A stretch of DNA of 64,000 nt, taken from the sequence record MK295204; one strand, given 5' to 3'. Made by a program: the position numbers and the translations under genes. Origin of the DNA: Shigella phage vB_SdyM_006. The notes beneath the pieces are model-generated. The model saw only the letters and a list, made by a program, of their open reading frames with translations. It was not told where the DNA came from and did not search any database. Of the stretch, positions 53,730 to 64,000 are shown piece after piece (position 1 is the stretch's first letter; every line of letters starts with the position of its first letter).

Positions 53730-56700
53730 ATGACTTTAAATAAATCACTTAAAGCAACGTACGGACTTGATGCCTCTAATGAAAAAGTTATAAATGTCGG
53801 ATTAGCTGACAAAAATACTTTAACAGATGGCGTTAATGTCGAATTTTTAATTCAAGAAAACACAATCCAAGCATACGACAAAAATCGTGGATATGAAAAA
53901 GGCTTTGCTGTTATATTTGAAAATAGAATTTATGTTTCAAATCAAAAAATAGAATCTCCAGCTGGAGATTTTGAGCCTCATAAATGGTTTTCTTTACGTG
54001 TAGACCCTAAATGGGACACGGTATTTGAAACCGTAGCATCAGGTCAAATTATAACATCAGGACAGTTTATTGCAGCTAATACGTCAATAAACGATTTATA
54101 TTTTAAATTGCCTAGAAAACCACAACCAGGTGATACAATTTGTATCAAAGAGGTCTCTGGTAATTCAGGCTATAAGTTCCTTAAAATAGGTAAAACCGAT
54201 AATAATATTTTATGGAACGGAACTAATGTTGAAGAATTATATCTAACACGTCCGTATTCGCAAACTTATTTTATATTTTCTGGGAACGTTTGGAATGTAT
54301 TTCAAATAGAGCACGAAGATATTGGTAGAATAATATCTACTTCACCATTAAAGCAACAAGTTTCTTCTGGAGAGAGATTATATAGATTATCCAATACTGG
54401 TCCTATCAATATCATGTTACCTAAATATGCTATGCATGGTGATGTTATTGAGATGTTTGATATTGATGGATTAACTTCAATAAATCACTTAACTCTTTAC
54501 ACGTCTGAAGGGTCTGGGCATGCTATAGGAACTTTAGGACAATCTAAATTAGAAATAAGAACTATTGGTAACGGGCGATTAGTATTTGATAGTTCTAATA
54601 ATCTATGGAGATTATGGGACGGCGATATAAGAACTCGTTTAAAAACTATCAAAGAAGATCGTAAACTATTACCTAATGAACAGGTTCTTGTCTATGGGAT
54701 GAATAATACAGTTAAAGAAACCGTCACTCTAACGTTACCTAGAAATATTGCTGTCGGTGACACAGTTGAGATTTCTTTAGGTTATATGAGAAAAGGCCAG
54801 ACAGTTATCATAAAGACTGAGGGCGATGATATTATTGGGACTGATAAAACATTATTACAATTCCCTAAACGATCTCAGTATCCGCCTGAAATGACCTGGG
54901 TTGAAGTAAAAGAACTTGTGTTTAATGGTACTGATGATTATTTACCTTATTTAAAATTTGCGTATGTAGAAACATTATCTGATTTAGGGTGGGCAGTTCA
55001 ACATTATCGTCCTAATGTTGAGCGTGTAGATTTTAAAAATCCAGAAAGAATCGGATTGATAGCATTAGCTACTCAAGATCAAGCAAACAAAGATCATGAA
55101 AACAACCCAGAAAAAGAATTGGCTGTAACACCATTTACTTTGGCAAATAGAGTTGCTACAGAAGAACGACGTGGTATTGCTAAAACAGCAAAAACTTCTA
55201 TGGTCAATCAAAACTCAAATGGAAAATTTGAAGATGACACAATTGTCACACCTAAAAAATTAAACGAACGAACAGCTACAGAAGAACGACGTGGCCTAGC
55301 CGAAATTGCTACTCAAGAAGAAACAAATACAGGTAAAGATGATACGACTATTGTTTCTCCATTAAAACTCGAGAACAGGAAAGCCTCAGAAACTTTATCT
55401 GGTATTGCTAAAATAGTCCCATCTAAAGGAACGCCAGGAACACAGCGTGATAAACAAGGAACTGGTGTTTATAATTACACGGATAATAAGACTATTGTTT
55501 CTCCTTCAGCTATACATGAGCTTTTAAGTACAGAAAATTCTCATGGTGTTGTTTATTTAGCTTCTGAAACTGAAGTTATTGAAGCACCAGATATGGACCC
55601 TAAATTTCCTGTTGCTGTAACTCCGGTTCAATTACATAAGAAAACTGCTACAGAAGATAGAATAGGTTTCTCTCAAATCGCTACACAAGAAGAAACTGAT
55701 GAAGGAACTGATAATTTTAAATTTATAACACCTAAAAAATTAAATGATCGAAGATCAACAGAAACTTTAGAAGGTATCTCAAGATACGCTACTTATGAAG
55801 AGTTTAAAAAAGGTGATTCAAATTTAATATCCGAGCCTAATAAAATAAAACAGTTTTTACAAGAAGCAAGAATAAAAGTTGTTCCTGAATCTGGAATAGT
55901 TTTTACTGGTAATATTTGGGACACATGTAATTTTGATATCAAACCTTCAACTGAAGTTGATAGAGGGACATTAAAATTATCAACTCAAGGCCAAGCTAAT
56001 ACTGGTGAAGATGATACAACAGCAATTACACCTAAAAAATTACATAATAAAAAATCAACTGAATTGGTTGAAGGTATAATCCAACTTTCTAATTACGCTG
56101 AAACAATAGCAGGTGATGTTAATAATAAAGCAATATCTCCTCAGAATTTTGTTTTAGCTGTTCAAACAGAAAATAATGGATTAGAAGCCTCTACTTCTTT
56201 ACGTGGATTTGTTAGACTGTTAGATGGTGCTAGTATTTGGCAAGGAACAGATGAATCTGGTAGTGACCCGGATAATGAAGACTTTTTGCATAATGGATAT
56301 GCAGTATCTCCACGAGAATTAAATAAAGCTTTAAGTCATTATCTTCCTATCAAAGGAAAAGCAGTTAACTCTACTTTATTTGATGACTTAAAAACTTCTG
56401 ATTTTATTAGAAGAAACATAGACCAAGAAATTGATGGGGATATGACTTTTAATAACCCAGTTATTCTTAAAGATACATTAGTTTCTACAAGTTCTGGTAA
56501 ATTTGAATCACTAGAAAGTAAAACGGTTTCTGTCGGTGACGGTACTAAAGGTTCAATAAACTTTTTGTCTGCTACACCATGGAAAATTGATGTACAAGAT
56601 GATTTCAAAATTAACAATGTAAAAATTGATAAAGATGAAGTTATCCATTCTAAAGGATTAGAAACAATTTCTCATGTTGACACTTCAGAATATAGATTAA

Positions 56701-57386
56701 ATGGTAAAACATTTATTTCTGGACAAGGTACTATCAATGTAGGTGATGCTGAATCTCAAATTAGATTCCAATCCAAAAATCCTAATGATGTTAGAATTTC
56801 TGGCTCTACAATTATTGTTAATACCAATTTAGAAGAAAAAGGTAATAAGCACTTTATTAATCGTAAACAAGATACCGTTGACGGAGATATTGAATTTACT
56901 AAACCAGTTAAAATCAATATCCAAGAAAATATGGTTGAAGTTTCCGAAGGTATATTTGTTGCCAAAATAACTTCTAAACAAGAATATGAGAAATATCCAG
57001 GTATTGCAGTTCCTAAAATAGACCAAGAAACACAAAAAGTTATTGATTATACTTATGTTAAAGGACCTGGTACACTTACTCAATATGGTGATACTAAATC
57101 TTATACATACAGAATCTGGGCTCCACAAGCTTTAGGTCAAGAAGATAATCATAACAACTATTCATTATGGATGCAGGTTTATAATCCAGTTAAAGGAGAA
57201 TTTGATGCATGGGGTAGAATATACACATCTCAAAATCCACCAACTGCTGCTGAAATAGGAGCTGTGTCTTCATCTGGTTCTACTTTCGAAACACTTAAAG
57301 TTAATCAATGGTTACAAGTTGGACCTGTAAGAATGGTTCCAGACCCAGTAACTAAAACTGTAAGGTATATATGGATCGATGAGTAA
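53730..57386 (+). CDS. 34: long tail fibre proximal subunit
   Basis: 1218 aa; internal repeats of the form ATEERRG-x-A...DDTT-x-TPKKL; first gene of the 34-35-36-37 series. Confidence 0.85.
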   Translation: MTLNKSLKATYGLDASNEKVINVGLADKNTLTDGVNVEFLIQENTIQAYDKNRGYEKGFAVIFENRIYVSNQKIESPAGDFEPHKWFSLRVDPKWDTVFETVASGQIITSGQFIAANTSINDLYFKLPRKPQPGDTICIKEVSGNSGYKFLKIGKTDNNILWNGTNVEELYLTRPYSQTYFIFSGNVWNVFQIEHEDIGRIISTSPLKQQVSSGERLYRLSNTGPINIMLPKYAMHGDVIEMFDIDGLTSINHLTLYTSEGSGHAIGTLGQSKLEIRTIGNGRLVFDSSNNLWRLWDGDIRTRLKTIKEDRKLLPNEQVLVYGMNNTVKETVTLTLPRNIAVGDTVEISLGYMRKGQTVIIKTEGDDIIGTDKTLLQFPKRSQYPPEMTWVEVKELVFNGTDDYLPYLKFAYVETLSDLGWAVQHYRPNVERVDFKNPERIGLIALATQDQANKDHENNPEKELAVTPFTLANRVATEERRGIAKTAKTSMVNQNSNGKFEDDTIVTPKKLNERTATEERRGLAEIATQEETNTGKDDTTIVSPLKLENRKASETLSGIAKIVPSKGTPGTQRDKQGTGVYNYTDNKTIVSPSAIHELLSTENSHGVVYLASETEVIEAPDMDPKFPVAVTPVQLHKKTATEDRIGFSQIATQEETDEGTDNFKFITPKKLNDRRSTETLEGISRYATYEEFKKGDSNLISEPNKIKQFLQEARIKVVPESGIVFTGNIWDTCNFDIKPSTEVDRGTLKLSTQGQANTGEDDTTAITPKKLHNKKSTELVEGIIQLSNYAETIAGDVNNKAISPQNFVLAVQTENNGLEASTSLRGFVRLLDGASIWQGTDESGSDPDNEDFLHNGYAVSPRELNKALSHYLPIKGKAVNSTLFDDLKTSDFIRRNIDQEIDGDMTFNNPVILKDTLVSTSSGKFESLESKTVSVGDGTKGSINFLSATPWKIDVQDDFKINNVKIDKDEVIHSKGLETISHVDTSEYRLNGKTFISGQGTINVGDAESQIRFQSKNPNDVRISGSTIIVNTNLEEKGNKHFINRKQDTVDGDIEFTKPVKINIQENMVEVSEGIFVAKITSKQEYEKYPGIAVPKIDQETQKVIDYTYVKGPGTLTQYGDTKSYTYRIWAPQALGQEDNHNNYSLWMQVYNPVKGEFDAWGRIYTSQNPPTAAEIGAVSSSGSTFETLKVNQWLQVGPVRMVPDPVTKTVRYIWIDE

Positions 57387-58497
57387 TATAATGGTTGAAT
57401 TCGGCCAAGATTATGTAGGTGCTCAAACGTTTGCAGAGAACAATGCACTTACATATAAGTTAACTATTAAGGCTAGTAATAAAAACACACAGGGTGAATC
57501 CTGTGTGTTAATTAACGATAATCAAATAACAACTGAATGCGATACTGGTATTAATGTTTGGGTCATTAATAATATAGGTAAACTTGATAATACTATGTGT
57601 TTTGATGTATCAACAGAATCTGGTATAACAGCATTTATAACATTTTTGAAAGAACAAACTTCTGGAATAATTTGTTTAGCTTCATCTAACGAATTAGATT
57701 CAACTCAAGTCTTAGCTGATTATATGAAATCTATAGGTTCTGCTTCATGGAATAATTTTATGATTTCTAAAATCAAAACAGTGTCTTATGCAGCAGTCTA
57801 TCGTCCAGAATTAAAATCCATTGTTCTGGAATCTATACAATATTCTGATGGAATTAAAGAAGATGAATTACTTGAGTTAGAAACCATTTTTGATTCTAAT
57901 AATTCTATAGGAATAACAGGATTTCCTGGTTCAATCGTATATGATTATAAAGAATACACGTCAATTGAACAAGATTATAAAAAATGGCCTACTAATCTTT
58001 TAAATAACAAGCTTTCTGATTATGGTCTTAAACCTGGCGATTGGGTTTCTTTGAGTGCTTCTATATTTGGAGATAAAGAATTAAAAGATGACGGTGGATG
58101 GACTAGAATAGATTGTAGATGGGTATTTGGTAATGCATGGAAACAATCATTTTATTTAGAAAGTACATTGAAAGGGAATTATCCTGTTCAGTCTATGGTT
58201 AATCCTGGTATCTGGGAATCTAAAACAGTTTATTCTCAAATACCAGAAGGTGTAGATGGATTTGTTATAATAGCTTCAAGATATAATTCAGACTTAGGCC
58301 ATTCTGCTGTAAAAAATGTTGCATTCGGAAGAGCTGCAGAACCTATAATAGAAAAATCTGATAGACAAATAGGTATAAATGGTATTAGAAATTCTTTTGT
58401 AAAAGAGGAAGAACAAAAAGTAGGATCGTTATTAAGTTTGTTAAATCTTAAAGACAAATCCGACACAGTTTCTTCTATAAACTTTAAAGAAATATAG
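57379..58497 (+). CDS. 35: long tail fibre hinge protein
   Basis: 372 aa, same length as T4 gp35; overlaps gp34 stop by 8 nt. Confidence 0.75.
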   Translation: MSNIMVEFGQDYVGAQTFAENNALTYKLTIKASNKNTQGESCVLINDNQITTECDTGINVWVINNIGKLDNTMCFDVSTESGITAFITFLKEQTSGIICLASSNELDSTQVLADYMKSIGSASWNNFMISKIKTVSYAAVYRPELKSIVLESIQYSDGIKEDELLELETIFDSNNSIGITGFPGSIVYDYKEYTSIEQDYKKWPTNLLNNKLSDYGLKPGDWVSLSASIFGDKELKDDGGWTRIDCRWVFGNAWKQSFYLESTLKGNYPVQSMVNPGIWESKTVYSQIPEGVDGFVIIASRYNSDLGHSAVKNVAFGRAAEPIIEKSDRQIGINGIRNSFVKEEEQKVGSLLSLLNLKDKSDTVSSINFKEI

Positions 58498-58634
58498 TAA
58501 CATATAGTTATTAATTTATTACTTAATAGTTATATAGAATATACTAGACTTTTAATAAATTAATTTACTAGAGTTACTAATTTATTACTTAATAGTTATA
58601 TATAATATAAAGAACTTAATAAAAATAATAAATT

Positions 58635-58658
58635 CTGGGAGCTTTGCTCCCAGTTTTC
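58635..58658 (+). terminator. stem-loop inside composite repeat, downstream of gene 35
   Basis: CTGGGAGC-TTT-GCTCCCAG followed by TTTTC. Confidence 0.5.
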
Positions 58659-58675
58659 TTTAGAAAATGCTCTTT

Positions 58676-58683
58676 TATAAATA
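58676..58683 (+). promoter_or_regulatory. late promoter TATAAATA for gene 36
   Basis: Exact octamer 20 nt upstream of ATG 58704. Confidence 0.6.
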
Positions 58684-58703
58684 GTATAAAGAAAGGAGAT
58701 TAT

Positions 58704-59168
58704 ATGGCAGATCTTAAAAGAGGAAGTACTGCTGGAGGAGAATTAATCCTTACACAAGGTAATTTTCCATTAATTCCAGTAGGAAATTCCTTATATTTTA
58801 ATAAGCATAAAGTCTATACCGAACACGATAAGCCTACAGCAGAAGAAGTTGATTCTGTTTCGGCATCTAAAGGTGGAGAATTTAAAGAAAGAGTAATTTT
58901 TAAAGAATTACAGGTAGGGAAACAAGACCCTTTAATTATTAAAGACCATTCTATAGCTGGGACTGAAATAATTCTTAAACAATTAGAAATTAAAAACTTA
59001 GAAAAATCATTACTAGTTCTTAATCCTGATAATCCAGAATTACTTCAAGTTCAATCAATGAAAACAGATAGATTGGTTTTAGACACAATATCAACTCAAC
59101 CTAATCATGCAGTTAGATATGACCAAGTGGTTCTTGTTGGAGATATTATAGATTTTGGAGAATTCTAA
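58704..59168 (+). CDS. 36: long tail fibre distal small subunit
   Basis: Start at ATG 58704 (MADLKRGSTAGGELILTQGNFPL), matching the T4 gp36 N-terminus; AAGGAG SD and TATAAATA late promoter upstream. Confidence 0.85.
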   Translation: MADLKRGSTAGGELILTQGNFPLIPVGNSLYFNKHKVYTEHDKPTAEEVDSVSASKGGEFKERVIFKELQVGKQDPLIIKDHSIAGTEIILKQLEIKNLEKSLLVLNPDNPELLQVQSMKTDRLVLDTISTQPNHAVRYDQVVLVGDIIDFGEF

Positions 59169-61261
59169 TGGCAAAAATTCCAAGAATACAATTTAAAAGA
59201 ACTAAAACACCAGGAACAAAGCCTTCAAAAGATATTTTAGCTGAAGGTGAATTAGCAATTAACTTAGCTGATAGAACTCTTTTTACAAAATCCGGAGATG
59301 ATATTATTGATCTTGGCTTTGCTAAAGGCGGCACAGTTAATGGAGATATTAATCAAGAAGCTGGAAATTTTACAACCAATGGGTCAATGACTGCTAAAAC
59401 ATACATTGATATAAAAAATAGCTTAAATGACAAAAAAATATTTAGGCTTTCTTATGAAGGAGATCGTGGCGCTTTATTGTCTGTTAATGAAGGCGACAAT
59501 AAATGGAAAACTATACTTGTTCCATTAGACGAAGATGGGACTAAAACTATAGCTACTCGTGAACACGTAGGAAAAATGGTTTCTACTAATGATGGAGAAA
59601 CCAAATTAAGGGCTCCAAACCAGACTAACTTATTGATTGCAAAAGACAATAAAGAACTTGTTTGGTACGATGGATCCACTAATAATAGAATGGTTAATTT
59701 TGGTGCAGGTGGTTTAGATTTAGCCCACAAAGGTAGTGATATTGTCGGAGTTAGTTTATACAAAAAAGATGGCAATCAGGTTCGAATAGAAACCCATGCC
59801 CATTCATCGGCCCTTATGTTAGCTTTTGCATATAAAGATTCTGCAGGAAATAATTCATATGTAATCAATATGCCAAAAGAAAATGGTATATTAGCTACAC
59901 AAGGATGGACAGATGCCAAATACTATAAAAGGAATGACAGCCCATCGTTCAAAGAATACGTTAATGTTTTTCATAATACCACAGGGTCTTATACTCAATT
60001 AGGATATGGTAATGCAGGTGCTACATGGTCAGTTAACACAGGCGGCAATTGGTATATATTAAAACATCCCCTAGCTAATGGTACAGTTGCTTCTCAAGAA
60101 TGGAGTCAAGCTACGCATTACAATAAATCAGAATCTGATAATAGATATGTTAAAATTGGTATAGGTGGTGGTTACCCACTACATAATTATAATGCAGGTG
60201 GCCATGGCTATTCTACTTGGAATGAAAAAGGTGTACGTCAAGCTTATATAGGATTCGCAAATGATGGTTCTACAGAATTTACCATTAGTAACGAAAAAGG
60301 ATCTAATAGTACTATTAACCTTAAAGCGGGTAATGTTTTAGTTAATGGTGTAACTATCGCCTCTCAAAACTGGGTAATTTCTAATTTTTATAAAAAAACA
60401 GAAACATATAATAAATCTGAAATTGATGGCAAAGTTAATGGACGATTAACACAGGCCCAAGGTGATGCTAGATATTATACTAAAACCGATTCTGACGGTC
60501 GTTACTTACGAATGAATATCACCAACAAAACTAGTATGCCGGTATTCTATAGAACAGCAAACTATGGAGATGATGCAAACCAACGTGATTTAAATTACGC
60601 AGGATTTTATAGAACTAACGGATTAAACAGCTTACCGAGTCTCATAATTCATGTTCCTCATAGTAGTGGGCTAGCTCATGGAAGAGGTATAGGATTTGAC
60701 TACGGTTCAGCCGGATATGGGATTTATACTTATGCATATGATGCGAATGGAAAATATCAAGGTCAAAAATCTATCGCATTGAGCGAGTATCACTATTCAA
60801 AAACTGTATCAGATGATAGATATTACCAGAAGTCTCAAACATATTCTAGAGCAGAAGTTGATTCTAGAGTAAACGGAAGATTAACTCAAGCCACGGCGGA
60901 TGGAAGATACGCGTATAAAGGTGGTGCTAATGCTCAAAACTTTGGTGCTAACATAGTTGATGCTGCTGACGTTAATATTCGTTCAGATTTAACTGTAAAA
61001 TCAAATTTAGTTAAAATAAATAATGCTATACAAACTGTTAAAACATTAACAGGGTATACATATGATTTAAAATTAAACGATAATACATATAAACAATCTG
61101 CAGGTATAATAGCACAAGATGTACAAAAAGTTCTACCAGCATTAGTTACAGAGGACTCTTTAGGATTATTATCTGTTAATTATAATGGTTTAACTGCAGT
61201 TCTTGTTAATGCTATAAATGAATTATCTGAAAGATTAGAAAGATTAGAACGAGGTGTATAA
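59168..61261 (+). CDS. 37: long tail fibre distal subunit with C-terminal intramolecular chaperone domain
   Basis: 697 aa; N-terminus MAKIPRIQFKRTKT-GT-PS; D-x-RY fibre repeats; C-terminal ~92 aa with SDLTVK Ser-Lys dyad and GIIAQDVQKVLPALV...AINELSERLERLE typical of peptidase S74 chaperone domains. Confidence 0.85.
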   Translation: MAKIPRIQFKRTKTPGTKPSKDILAEGELAINLADRTLFTKSGDDIIDLGFAKGGTVNGDINQEAGNFTTNGSMTAKTYIDIKNSLNDKKIFRLSYEGDRGALLSVNEGDNKWKTILVPLDEDGTKTIATREHVGKMVSTNDGETKLRAPNQTNLLIAKDNKELVWYDGSTNNRMVNFGAGGLDLAHKGSDIVGVSLYKKDGNQVRIETHAHSSALMLAFAYKDSAGNNSYVINMPKENGILATQGWTDAKYYKRNDSPSFKEYVNVFHNTTGSYTQLGYGNAGATWSVNTGGNWYILKHPLANGTVASQEWSQATHYNKSESDNRYVKIGIGGGYPLHNYNAGGHGYSTWNEKGVRQAYIGFANDGSTEFTISNEKGSNSTINLKAGNVLVNGVTIASQNWVISNFYKKTETYNKSEIDGKVNGRLTQAQGDARYYTKTDSDGRYLRMNITNKTSMPVFYRTANYGDDANQRDLNYAGFYRTNGLNSLPSLIIHVPHSSGLAHGRGIGFDYGSAGYGIYTYAYDANGKYQGQKSIALSEYHYSKTVSDDRYYQKSQTYSRAEVDSRVNGRLTQATADGRYAYKGGANAQNFGANIVDAADVNIRSDLTVKSNLVKINNAIQTVKTLTGYTYDLKLNDNTYKQSAGIIAQDVQKVLPALVTEDSLGLLSVNYNGLTAVLVNAINELSERLERLERGV

Positions 61262-61854
61262 TGGCAGTAACAGGACCACGAGTCGGTAGTTCTGCTAAAG
61301 CAGAAACCGGCCTAGCTAGTATGAAGGCCGCCGGCGCTAAATTAGGTTTAAGTGTCCCTTTTAAAATGTCACAAATGATTGGTAAAAGTGTAGCAGTTAA
61401 ATGTATTATGGGTTCAGCACAGAAGCCAGTGTTTAATCAACAAATCTATTTTGTCTATGCATCAAAAGGGGTACTACAAAGTCCGAGAATACCAAGTACA
61501 TTGAACATTGGTGATATACCTGAATCTAACCCGCCATTGAACACTACTTATAAAATTGAAGATGTGGAAGTTATCTCTATATACCGTTCTGATGATGTGG
61601 CTAAAACTAAAAATGAATATGGTTTTGGTATTCAAACAAAAGATTATAAACAACCGTGTAATGAGATAGAAGTTGAAATTAAAGGATATAAAGCTAAATT
61701 GAAATTAGTGTGGCGTGTTGGGGGTTATGCAAAGCCAACATTTTATGTAAGCACTCGTGATGTTGGTAATAACAACTGGCAAGACGTTAGAGATGTTTAT
61801 GATTTCTTACAAGCTGGCAAAGAATACGAATTTATTATTAAAAAGGTGAGTTAA
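61261..61854 (+). CDS. hypothetical protein in the gp38 slot (possible fibre tip or assembly factor)
   Basis: 197 aa; start overlaps gp37 stop (TAATG); lies between gene 37 and holin t where T4 has gp38; no glycine-rich adhesin motifs. Confidence 0.4.
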   Translation: MAVTGPRVGSSAKAETGLASMKAAGAKLGLSVPFKMSQMIGKSVAVKCIMGSAQKPVFNQQIYFVYASKGVLQSPRIPSTLNIGDIPESNPPLNTTYKIEDVEVISIYRSDDVAKTKNEYGFGIQTKDYKQPCNEIEVEIKGYKAKLKLVWRVGGYAKPTFYVSTRDVGNNNWQDVRDVYDFLQAGKEYEFIIKKVS

Positions 61855-61895
61855 CAATATTTTGCGCATAATTTAATTAGTTTAAGAGAACAACT

Positions 61896-62519
61896 ATGGA
61901 TAAAGGCTTTTTTCTAAGCCTGCTTGATACATTGTTTAAAGACGCCGATGGAAAATTAATCCTTTGGCGTCTTCTTTCTATAGGAGTACTTGGGATTGGA
62001 TGTTTTTTATATGTCGCTAGAAATGAATTTTTGGAATTATATAAAAACACTAGATATGAGGCTTATCAACAAGTTCAAAAACAAGAAAGAGAACTTAAAT
62101 TTGAAAAAGCTGTTGTAGACCAATTGCAAATAGTCCATGTATCATCTGAAGCAGAGTTCAGTGGAATAACTGAATTTAGACCTGTAGGATTAAATTATTT
62201 TTTTGATTTAATTGCTTATGAAGGGAAACTTCCTGAGGAATTAAACTCAAAAAATTTAGGAGGCTGGCCTGTAGATAAAACTGCAGAAGAATATATCAAT
62301 CATATGAATGGACATTATTATACATCAACAGAACATTTTAGATTACCAACAAGGACTAAAATAGAAAATAAATGGTTGTTTTCTTGTCCTTATTATAATT
62401 TAAATAATAATTATGCCGGGAGTATATTTATGATGTGGCCTGAAAAACCTGAGATAAATGAAGATAGACTTAATATTATATGTTCTCAGGCTTCCAGGAC
62501 CATAGGTAGGACTAAATAA
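61896..62519 (+). CDS. t: holin (T-type)
   Basis: 207 aa; N-terminal TMD and blocks LQIVH-SSEA-FS, FRP--LNYF-D-IAYEGKLP, CPY-NL-N-YAG-I-M-W match T4 holin T. Confidence 0.9.
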   Translation: MDKGFFLSLLDTLFKDADGKLILWRLLSIGVLGIGCFLYVARNEFLELYKNTRYEAYQQVQKQERELKFEKAVVDQLQIVHVSSEAEFSGITEFRPVGLNYFFDLIAYEGKLPEELNSKNLGGWPVDKTAEEYINHMNGHYYTSTEHFRLPTRTKIENKWLFSCPYYNLNNNYAGSIFMMWPEKPEINEDRLNIICSQASRTIGRTK

Positions 62520-62521
62520 AA

Positions 62522-62917
62522 TTACGAATATAATCTATCATATTGTTGTTTATGTTGTGACTGAAAGGATTCTACACAACATTTACAATATGGAAATAAC
62601 TTGTCTTCAGAATTATTCGATTCTGAAAATGAACTAATCATTAATTGTTTACCACATCCTTTACAAACTTTTGTTGATTTAACAAATGTGTCTGGGCATG
62701 GCTCTACTAATAATTTTGATAAAACCGATTTACCTAATGTAACCACTACTAAATCCGATTGTAAATAATTGTTTTTACAATCACCCCAATCAACATAAAT
62801 AGTACGTCGCCCTCTATCTTTAACTACACCAATTTTATTAATAGGGTTTTGTTTATCGCCTATATAGTATTTTGATGACGGACTAATATAAACTAAATCG
62901 CCAGTTTTAATGTGCAT
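62522..62917 (-). CDS. hypothetical protein with C-terminal zinc-ribbon-like Cys cluster
   Basis: 131 aa; CKGCGKQ ... YCKCC. Confidence 0.45.
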   Translation of the reverse strand: MHIKTGDLVYISPSSKYYIGDKQNPINKIGVVKDRGRRTIYVDWGDCKNNYLQSDLVVVTLGKSVLSKLLVEPCPDTFVKSTKVCKGCGKQLMISSFSESNNSEDKLFPYCKCCVESFQSQHKQQYDRLYS

Positions 62918-62919
62918 AA

Positions 62920-63174
62920 TTAATCCTTATGATGTTTGCTTGTAGCGGTTTTAATAATTGTGTTGTTATTAACAAAATCTTCAGCTTCTTGTTCAGAAAC
63001 AATTTTGATAACTAATGTGTCTTCGCCATTTTCTAAACGTTCTTCTAAAGGGCATATCGAATCCACATAATCTTTAATAGATTTGATATAATTATTGTCT
63101 GTTACTACTCGCTGAGTCCCAGAAGCAAACATATCCACTTTACCATTTCTTTTATAAGATGCAATAGAATACAT
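62920..63174 (-). CDS. hypothetical protein
   Basis: 84 aa ORF. Confidence 0.4.
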   Translation of the reverse strand: MYSIASYKRNGKVDMFASGTQRVVTDNNYIKSIKDYVDSICPLEERLENGEDTLVIKIVSEQEAEDFVNNNTIIKTATSKHHKD

Positions 63175-63533
63175 TATAAGTGACCTTCTTCTTGATTTAA
63201 GTTAATTTTATATTCAAATACGTGAGCGTAATAACCGTTATGAATATTAACAAGTTCTAAATAATACCCACCTGTGATTTCAAAACAGATACTATTAAAA
63301 TAATTAGAATTGTCATCGCCAATAGAAAAGTCTGTTAGCCCAATAAAGCAAACATCTTCCGGAAGATCTTCAAATTCAACTGAGGTAAAGCCATCATCAG
63401 ATTTTTGATAAAATTTATAATACGCTGATTCACAACAGTGTTGAGAAGACACATCGTATCCAACAAAATTATCATTTTGATCAATAAAATTTGTTGTAGT
63501 AGACCACTCTTTTACACATTTCTTTTTAATCAT
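63174..63533 (-). CDS. hypothetical protein
   Basis: 119 aa ORF. Confidence 0.4.
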   Translation of the reverse strand: MIKKKCVKEWSTTTNFIDQNDNFVGYDVSSQHCCESAYYKFYQKSDDGFTSVEFEDLPEDVCFIGLTDFSIGDDNSNYFNSICFEITGGYYLELVNIHNGYYAHVFEYKINLNQEEGHL

Positions 63534-63877
63534 TTTTTAAGTTCCAATTCTTCTTTAGAAAACCAACGAATCATACCGTATTTGTCAACACACGCATAAG
63601 ATAAACTATCACTATCATCAATCTCGTGAACAGTAAGTTCTTCGCCAATAGAAACATCAGATTCACAACCTACTAGATTCTTAGTAAATACAACCTTATC
63701 ACCAACAGAGAATCCTTCATATAGATTCCAGTCTTCTAGTTTAAATTTACCTTTTAGTCCAGGACTTAATTCAATTTCTAAAGGATAATCACCACCTGAA
63801 ACACCTACAAGAGTTCCTTTAATATTACCATTTATGACAGTAGCACCAATATTGATACCATTACCAACTTTAAACAT
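63530..63877 (-). CDS. hypothetical protein
   Basis: 115 aa ORF, glycine-rich N-terminus. Confidence 0.45.
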   Translation of the reverse strand: MFKVGNGINIGATVINGNIKGTLVGVSGGDYPLEIELSPGLKGKFKLEDWNLYEGFSVGDKVVFTKNLVGCESDVSIGEELTVHEIDDSDSLSYACVDKYGMIRWFSKEELELKK

Positions 63878-64000
63878 ATTAACCTCTATTTAAATGCATT
63901 TCAATAATAGAATAAGTCGATTTATGGCCCATATTAAATTCTTCAATTAATTGTTTTTTCTCGTCTTCAGTTAATGACTTAATTAAAGACTTTAAGTTAC
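63870..64000 (-). CDS. hypothetical protein, C-terminal fragment (5' end outside window)
   Basis: Open minus-strand frame entering from the window end and stopping at 63870-63872 (...LTEDEKKQLIEEFNMGHKSTYSIIEMHLNRG). Confidence 0.3.

Larger units (their letters stand above)
58498..58703. repeat. composite AT-rich intergenic repeat element, copy B (gp35/gp36)
   Basis: Same modules as copy A (e.g. CATATAGTTATTAATTTATTACTTAATAGTTATATAGAATATACTA-ACTTTTAATAAATTAATTTACTAGAGTTACT). Confidence 0.8.

Noticed and set aside
56339-57128. Minus-strand ORFs of 69-99 aa
   Set aside because: Antisense within the gp34 tail fibre gene.

Overview
This window is a segment of a T4-like (Tevenvirinae-type) myovirus genome, AT-rich and densely coded. 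The plus strand carries the late structural genes: tail sheath gp18 (5' partial), tail tube gp19, portal gp20, prohead core gp67/gp68, prohead protease gp21, scaffold gp22, major capsid gp23, vertex gp24, then baseplate gp26/gp25, uvsY, and the long tail fibre genes gp34-gp37 followed by holin t. The minus strand carries baseplate hub genes gp54-48-29-28-27-51, uvsW, Alt ADP-ribosyltransferase, and a long run of early genes: DNA ligase, gp31, dCMP deaminase, Pnk, spanins, RNA ligase 1, DenA, NrdB/NrdA, thymidylate synthase, DHFR, gp32, gp59, gp33, DsbA, RNase H. Between these conserved genes sit accessory islands that I consider the most interesting part: a macro-domain protein, a NADAR-like protein, a SLOG/DprA-like protein next to RNA ligase 2, a class I DAHP synthase with all four metal ligands conserved, and several tandem paralogue pairs. 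Regulatory architecture is readable directly: T4-type late promoters (TATAAATA), early promoters (GTTTAC-N17-TATTAT), a repeated promoter-leader-RBS cassette in front of three unrelated small genes, a family of near-identical terminator hairpins, and a roughly 200 bp composite AT-rich repeat present at two loci. All protein assignments rest on my own reading of the translations against remembered T4 proteins and motifs; no database search was run. No tRNA, rRNA, CRISPR array or group I intron was seen.
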